A DNA stretch of 64,000 bases, from NCBI GenBank assembly GCA_046538485.1, contig JBKHIT010000021.1, positions 11,730-75,729 on the forward strand. The letters run 5' to 3'. This DNA is from Candidatus Brocadiia bacterium. GTDB taxonomy: Bacteria > Planctomycetota > Brocadiia > SM23-32. Under the pieces are notes generated by a model, which saw only the letters and a program-made list of their open reading frames with translations, searched no databases and was not told the DNA's origin. Positions 58,579 to 64,000 of the stretch are shown here, piece after piece. The first letter of the stretch is position 1; each line of letters begins with the position of its first letter. A program made the position numbers and the translations under genes.

Positions 58579-59574
58579 GTGAGTGAAGAGACACCGGAAG
58601 AATCGGCCGGAGACGAACAGCGGGAGACGCCCCCTCAGGGGCAGCAGGAGGAGGACCCCACGGTCAAAGCTCGAAAGAAGAAAGCGCGTCAGAAGTTCTT
58701 CCGCTATACCTTCGGGCTCTTGATTGTCATTGGCGCCGTGTTCCTGATACCCGCCGTGCGTTTTGGCTCCGAAAAAGCCTGGGACTCCAATGCCATGCTG
58801 GCCACCTATATTCTATCCGGCATTATCATCGCCGGGGTCCTTGCCGTTCTTGTTCTTCTGAACGTGGCACGCACACGCTATTCTGTTGAGCAGCGAATAC
58901 TGGAACACCGCGAAGTTCACGAATACGTCATTTTATGGGACCGCCCACGGTGGGTACTGTATTTTCCCACATTGGTCCTTGCTATCGTTTTCGGTATTTA
59001 TGTGCTGCTTCAATCGTGGCACCTTGTCCCAGAAGTTCCCAACAGAGAGGTGCTGGGCGGGATCTGGGTCAGTATCGCAATCCTCAATGCGCTCGTCGAA
59101 CAGTTCCACATGAGCATCAAAGCCGTTCTCATCCTCGTCCCCACAATTGGCGCTTTGCTGCTCCTTCTTCATCTCGTCGGTTACGCCGACGACGTTATTC
59201 GTCTGGTGCGTTATCTCTGCGTTGAAGTCACTCCCAAACTCTACTTCATGGCGGCCGGGGTCATCGCTTTTGTCATCTTCATCGGGTGGATCCACGGTCT
59301 TTTTCACTATCTCGCCATCACGCCCAATGTTGCGGACCTTCAGCGCGGCCTGACCGAAACCGGACGCCAGATCAAAAACCAGGACTACGACGTCGATTTT
59401 GACGCAACAGATGTGGTGGAACGGTGGCTTTTCGGATTCGGACGCATCATCATCAGCTTCCAGGATCCCAATCGTCCGCCGATGGTATTTTTCGTACCCC
59501 ATGCATCCAATATAGACGAACGCATCCGCCGCGTGCGAAGCGTCACCGCCATCGACCGGTATGGCGAAGAATGA
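58579..59574 (+). CDS. multi-pass membrane protein with a bacterial PH-like C-terminal domain
   Basis: about six TM helices; ERWLFGFGRIII motif; AAGGAG SD. Confidence 0.75.
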   Translation: MSEETPEESAGDEQRETPPQGQQEEDPTVKARKKKARQKFFRYTFGLLIVIGAVFLIPAVRFGSEKAWDSNAMLATYILSGIIIAGVLAVLVLLNVARTRYSVEQRILEHREVHEYVILWDRPRWVLYFPTLVLAIVFGIYVLLQSWHLVPEVPNREVLGGIWVSIAILNALVEQFHMSIKAVLILVPTIGALLLLLHLVGYADDVIRLVRYLCVEVTPKLYFMAAGVIAFVIFIGWIHGLFHYLAITPNVADLQRGLTETGRQIKNQDYDVDFDATDVVERWLFGFGRIIISFQDPNRPPMVFFVPHASNIDERIRRVRSVTAIDRYGEE

Positions 59575-59663
59575 TTGACCGCAGCCACTTGCAAACACCG
59601 TCCCGATAACGTACCTTGCCCGGCCTGACCAGGCCAGAACTCCATCCACTCGGGAGCCCAAAA

Positions 59664-62237
59664 ATGGAACGCGTAGGACTGTTGAAAGAAATCCGCAACG
59701 ATTGTCGGCCCGAACCATACGAGGGCGAATTCACCGACCAAATCCGTTTCCCGCTCGGAGGCATTGGCACGGGGACGGTCTCTCTGGGTGGACGCGGCGA
59801 GCTGCGCGACTGGGAGATTTTCAACTCGCCCGCCAAAGGCAATGACCTCCCCTTCTGTTTCGCCCTGCTCCGAGCGGAAACCTCCGATGGCGACTCCGAA
59901 TCCCGGGTGCTCGAAAGTCGAATTCGCCCGCCGTACGAATCCGCCCGAGGATTGCCCATCAACCGTCTCTCGGGCATACCCCGTCTCGAATCGGCCCGGT
60001 TCAACGGCGCCTATCCCTTCGCATACGTCGAGTTTCACGATACGAGCGTGCCCGTGGACGTGACCCTCGAAGCGTTCAATCCACTGTTGCCCGGCGACCC
60101 CGATGCTTCCGGAATCCCCGTCGCCGTCCTGCGCTACCACCTGAAAAATCGAAAACGTTCTGCCACTAAAGTGTCTCTGGCCTACTGCATCCCGAACCCG
60201 ATCGGGCCCGATGAAGGGAAGAAGGCCGAACTTCGTAAAGCGCGTGGTTTCCGCGGAGTCCTCTTAGGAAACAACAAACTCCCGTCCGACGATCCCGCCG
60301 ATGGTACCATTGCCCTGGCTGCACGGGGTGGACGTAAAAATGTTGCCGCGGGCTGGCCGCATTATCTCGACCGGGAAAGACTCGCAATTCAGGCGTTCTG
60401 GCGCGATTTCAAAGACGACGGCCGAATCGATGCGCCGGAGCCTGAACAGAAAGATCCCGGGAAAGGCGTCGTCTGCTCAACCATCAACCTCGAAGGGGGA
60501 GAAACAAAAGAAATCACCTTCTATCTGACCTGGCATTTCCCGAACCGCACGCCGGAAGCCTGCGGGTGGGCCGCCCCCGAAGAAAAGGGCGATTCCATCG
60601 TGGGCAATTACTATACAGAACAATACAGGGATGCCTGGGAGGTTGTCGAAACCGTCGACGGAACGTTGGACTCGCTTGAAGAGCGCTCCCGCCGTTTCAC
60701 CAAAGCCGTCCTGGAAAGCACCTTTCCCCCCGCCGTCATCGAAGCGGCCCTGAACAACGTATCGACCCTGCGGACCGAGACGTGTTTCCGGACGGCCGAC
60801 GGACGATTTTTCGGATTCGAAGGATGCTGCGACGGTTCGGGATGTTGTTTCGGGAGTTGCACGCACGTCTGGAATTACGAACAAACCACGCCGTTCCTTT
60901 TTCCGTCTCTGGCCCGCTCCCAACGAGAAACCGAATTCCAGATCAGCACCGACAAAAACGGGTTCATGTGTTTCCGCACGATGCTTCCGGTTGGGTCCGG
61001 GGAATGGAAAAACGCCGCCGCCGATGGGCAGATGGGTTGTCTGATGAAACTCTACCGGGAATGGAAACTCTCCGGCGATACCGGATGGCTCGAGGACCTC
61101 TGGCCGAAAGCCCGCAAAGCTCTGGAGTTCTGCTGGGTAGAGAACGGGTGGGACGGAGACCGTGACGGCGTGATGGAAGGCGCCCAGCACACAACCTACG
61201 ACAGCGAACTCTACGGACCGAACCCGCTCTGTCAGATCTGGTATCTCGGCGCCCTGCGGGCAGGGGAAGAAATGGCCCGGGCGTTAGGAGAAAACGAATT
61301 TGCCGGGGAATTGCACGAACTCTTCGAAAACGGAAGCCAATGGACCGACGACAATCTGTTCAACGGGGACTACTACGAACAGGAATTACGGCCCTCTTCC
61401 GCGGAAAATGTCGCCGCTGGGCTCCGACTCGGTTGGGCTGGAATCGACCCCTCGGAACCAAGCAACCAGATCGGGGACGGGTGCCTTGTCGATCAATTGC
61501 TCGGCCAATATGTCGCTCACGTGATGGGGCTCGGCTACCTGCTGGATCCGGAAAATGTGAAGACCGCCGTAGCGAGCATCTTCGAAAACAACCACGTCTC
61601 CATGACCGAACATGAGTGTCTGGGGCGAACCTTTGCGCTGAACGAGGAAGAAGGACTGGTGATCTGTTGCTGGCCGAAATCAGAAGATCAAAACCAGATG
61701 GTCCACTGGTTCTTCACCGAATTCATGACCGGATTCGAATACAGCGCGGGGAACCTGATGCTCTACGAAGGACTGTTTGATGAGGGATTGAAAGTGATCC
61801 GTGACGTTCGGGATCGCTACGACGGACGCAAACGAAGTCCCTGGGACGAAGCCGAGTGCGGGCACCATTATGCCCGAGCCATGACCGCCTGGGGCGCGCT
61901 GCTCGCCCTGAGCGGGTTCCAATACGACGCCAATGACTCCTCCATACAGTTCCTGCCGGCAATGGACGTCGATCCGTTCCGATGCGTCTGGGCGGCCGGT
62001 GGGGCATGGGGAACATTTGAGATGAACCGAAAGAGCAAAAAAGCCGAATTCTCGGTCCTCCAGGGCGAATTCGGTATCGGATCTTTGCATCTGCCCGCAG
62101 GTGCGGTGAAGAAAGGACAAGCCGTTGCCGGATCGCAAAAGCCTGAAACCGAGATGGAGACAGTTGAGGGTCGGACGATCGTCACGCTTACCGATCCCAT
62201 CACGCTTTCCGCCGGCGAGACTCTGGTCGTGAAATGA
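59664..62237 (+). CDS. GH116 family glycoside hydrolase
   Basis: FPLGGIGTG, GSCTHVWNY, AADGQMG, QHTTYD, EAECGHHYARAM; start could be TTG at 59616. Confidence 0.92.
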   Translation: MERVGLLKEIRNDCRPEPYEGEFTDQIRFPLGGIGTGTVSLGGRGELRDWEIFNSPAKGNDLPFCFALLRAETSDGDSESRVLESRIRPPYESARGLPINRLSGIPRLESARFNGAYPFAYVEFHDTSVPVDVTLEAFNPLLPGDPDASGIPVAVLRYHLKNRKRSATKVSLAYCIPNPIGPDEGKKAELRKARGFRGVLLGNNKLPSDDPADGTIALAARGGRKNVAAGWPHYLDRERLAIQAFWRDFKDDGRIDAPEPEQKDPGKGVVCSTINLEGGETKEITFYLTWHFPNRTPEACGWAAPEEKGDSIVGNYYTEQYRDAWEVVETVDGTLDSLEERSRRFTKAVLESTFPPAVIEAALNNVSTLRTETCFRTADGRFFGFEGCCDGSGCCFGSCTHVWNYEQTTPFLFPSLARSQRETEFQISTDKNGFMCFRTMLPVGSGEWKNAAADGQMGCLMKLYREWKLSGDTGWLEDLWPKARKALEFCWVENGWDGDRDGVMEGAQHTTYDSELYGPNPLCQIWYLGALRAGEEMARALGENEFAGELHELFENGSQWTDDNLFNGDYYEQELRPSSAENVAAGLRLGWAGIDPSEPSNQIGDGCLVDQLLGQYVAHVMGLGYLLDPENVKTAVASIFENNHVSMTEHECLGRTFALNEEEGLVICCWPKSEDQNQMVHWFFTEFMTGFEYSAGNLMLYEGLFDEGLKVIRDVRDRYDGRKRSPWDEAECGHHYARAMTAWGALLALSGFQYDANDSSIQFLPAMDVDPFRCVWAAGGAWGTFEMNRKSKKAEFSVLQGEFGIGSLHLPAGAVKKGQAVAGSQKPETEMETVEGRTIVTLTDPITLSAGETLVVK

Positions 62238-62452
62238 GGAACGCAGCCCGTAACCCCCTCACGCTAATAGCTTCGGGAGCCTTTGGAAGATCCCGGCGAC
62301 AATGCCAGTTCTTCAAGCTCCTCCCCGACGAATTTCTCAAGCCGGTTGATAAACTTTTTGTCGGCAGGTGCATTCGGCTCCCGGCACTTTTCACATTGTC
62401 CCACGCGCTTTCGCAGCCACCCACAACGCAGAATCCTCGCGCTCTCTGAAAC

Positions 62453-62482
62453 TTGACGCCGCCTCAAGCCGAGGCATATACT
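62453..62482 (+). promoter_or_regulatory. possible sigma70-type promoter
   Basis: TTGACG, 18 bp, TATACT. Confidence 0.5.
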
Positions 62483-62613
62483 TACCGCGCGAGCGCAGCC
62501 TCAACATAAACCTCACAGGAGATCAAACATACCGGACGAAAGGCTGCCCCCGGGGTTGTACATTAATGTGTGGATAAACTCTTCGATCTCTCCATAGAAA
62601 AAGGCGCAGAAAA

Positions 62614-63879
62614 ATGCACGAAATGACGCCACGAGAAAGGTATCTTAAAATCATCCGCCACGAGCAGCCTGACCGCATGCCTTATGCCTTCGGTGGGCCG
62701 CGACAGAGCACTTTCAAAGCATGGCGCAAACAGGGCCTGAAAGAAGAGCAAATCCGCAACTGGGGACAGTTCGTCGGCCAGGATCCCGGTATGGGTATCG
62801 GGATGCTCTACACCGGACCGTTCCCGCCTTTTGAAGAACGAATCATTGAGGAAAAAGACAATAAACGAATCTGGATCGATTACATGGGCCGCACGCGGCA
62901 GGACGCTGTGGACCAGCCCACCGATGGATTCGCCACACGCCAGTACATCGATTTTCCTGTCAAAGATCTCGAGAGTTTCGAAAAGATCAAAGAACGCTTC
63001 GATCCCCATACCCCCGAACGCACTCATCCCCCTGAGGACGCCGATCGCTACAACTCGATGAATCCCGACGGGTACCGCCACTACCGTCCCGGAACCTGCT
63101 GGGAGGACCTCCTCCAGCGGTGCAACGAGGCCGACGTACCCGTGCGGACTGGAGTGTTCGGTCTCTACTGGACCGCGCGCGACTGGTGCGGGTTCGAGAA
63201 TCTCTCGATCATGTTCAAAAAACAACCACAACTTGTCCACGAAATGATGGAATACTGGACCTGGTTCCTGATGGAACTGCTGGATGAACCCCTCAGCCGA
63301 ATCAAAGTCGATCAGGTCACGCTGAATGAAGACATGGCCTTCAAAGGCCAGGCGATGATCTCTCCGCCGGACATGCGGGAATTTATGCTGCCGCGCTACA
63401 AGAAGCTCTATAAATTCCTGAAAGACCGGGGGGTCGAGTGCGTGATGATGGATAGCGACGGATACAACGGCCAGATACTTGAGGCGATGTATCCGGAAGG
63501 TATCGACGCCATCTCTCCGATTGAGATCGCCGCGGGGAACGATCCCGAGACGTTCCTCCAGCAATATCCCGACATTTTTCTCACCGGCGGGATCGACAAG
63601 CGGGAACTCCGGTTCACGAAAGAACAGACACGCGAAGAAGTCGCCCGGCGCTATCGGACCGCCCGAAAATACGGCGGATACATCCCCACAGTTGATCACG
63701 GTGTGCCACCCGATATTCCCGTTCGTAATTTCCTGTACATGGTTGAGCTGATCAAAGGTTTTGCCAACAGCGAGGACATTGAAACCTATGAACCCCCCTG
63801 CGAGCTGGAAAAACAACTGGGCCCGATTGAAGAAATGTTCGACCCCCACAAAGCCATCGACCAAGCCTACGGGCACTGA
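62614..63879 (+). CDS. uroporphyrinogen decarboxylase/MtaA-family protein
   Basis: [40 protein letters not shown]. Confidence 0.88.
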   Translation: MHEMTPRERYLKIIRHEQPDRMPYAFGGPRQSTFKAWRKQGLKEEQIRNWGQFVGQDPGMGIGMLYTGPFPPFEERIIEEKDNKRIWIDYMGRTRQDAVDQPTDGFATRQYIDFPVKDLESFEKIKERFDPHTPERTHPPEDADRYNSMNPDGYRHYRPGTCWEDLLQRCNEADVPVRTGVFGLYWTARDWCGFENLSIMFKKQPQLVHEMMEYWTWFLMELLDEPLSRIKVDQVTLNEDMAFKGQAMISPPDMREFMLPRYKKLYKFLKDRGVECVMMDSDGYNGQILEAMYPEGIDAISPIEIAAGNDPETFLQQYPDIFLTGGIDKRELRFTKEQTREEVARRYRTARKYGGYIPTVDHGVPPDIPVRNFLYMVELIKGFANSEDIETYEPPCELEKQLGPIEEMFDPHKAIDQAYGH

Positions 63880-64000
63880 TTTTGACTTTCGCTGCCCAGA
63901 ACGCGCGGAATGCCTCGCAATGACATTGTAAGCGTGGACGGCCTGGTGGTCCGTTCCATTTGATTTTGTGGGTTCAGCCGGTCGTCGGTGGTTCAGATGC

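Noticed and set aside
62569..62577. DnaA box TGTGGATAA suggesting an origin
   Set aside because: Single box, no cluster or AT-rich unwinding element

Overview
64 kb chromosomal window from a diderm PVC-superphylum bacterium, most likely Planctomycetota (yicC-gmk-rpoZ with a planctomycete-like omega subunit, several DUF1559-like prepilin-type genes, sulfatases, URO-D-family paralogues). Housekeeping genes (gmk, rpoZ, rsmA, trpE, leuA, pilT, uvrA, ispF, a lipid A acyltransferase) are interleaved with carbohydrate-utilisation loci, several broken or chimeric genes and many REP-like palindromic repeats. No rRNA, tRNA, CRISPR array, transposase or reverse transcriptase was recognised. Main discoveries: (1) an unannotated classical attenuator upstream of leuA whose 29-aa leader peptide carries 7 Leu and 3 Trp codons (LWL three times), with trpE downstream on the same strand, suggesting joint Leu/Trp sensing; (2) a hmuSTUV-like operon (DUF2162, MotA/ExbB, DUF2149, exported CobN-like chelatase) led by a prepilin-type H-X9-DG gene where a TonB-dependent receptor would be expected, echoed by prepilin plus giant secreted enzyme loci; (3) a densely structured ~360-nt non-coding element with internal compensatory changes; (4) a rearranged single-chain dihydropyrimidine dehydrogenase-like protein; (5) an in-frame sulfatase/GntR-sensor chimera. 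All family calls come from motif recognition by eye, not database searches.
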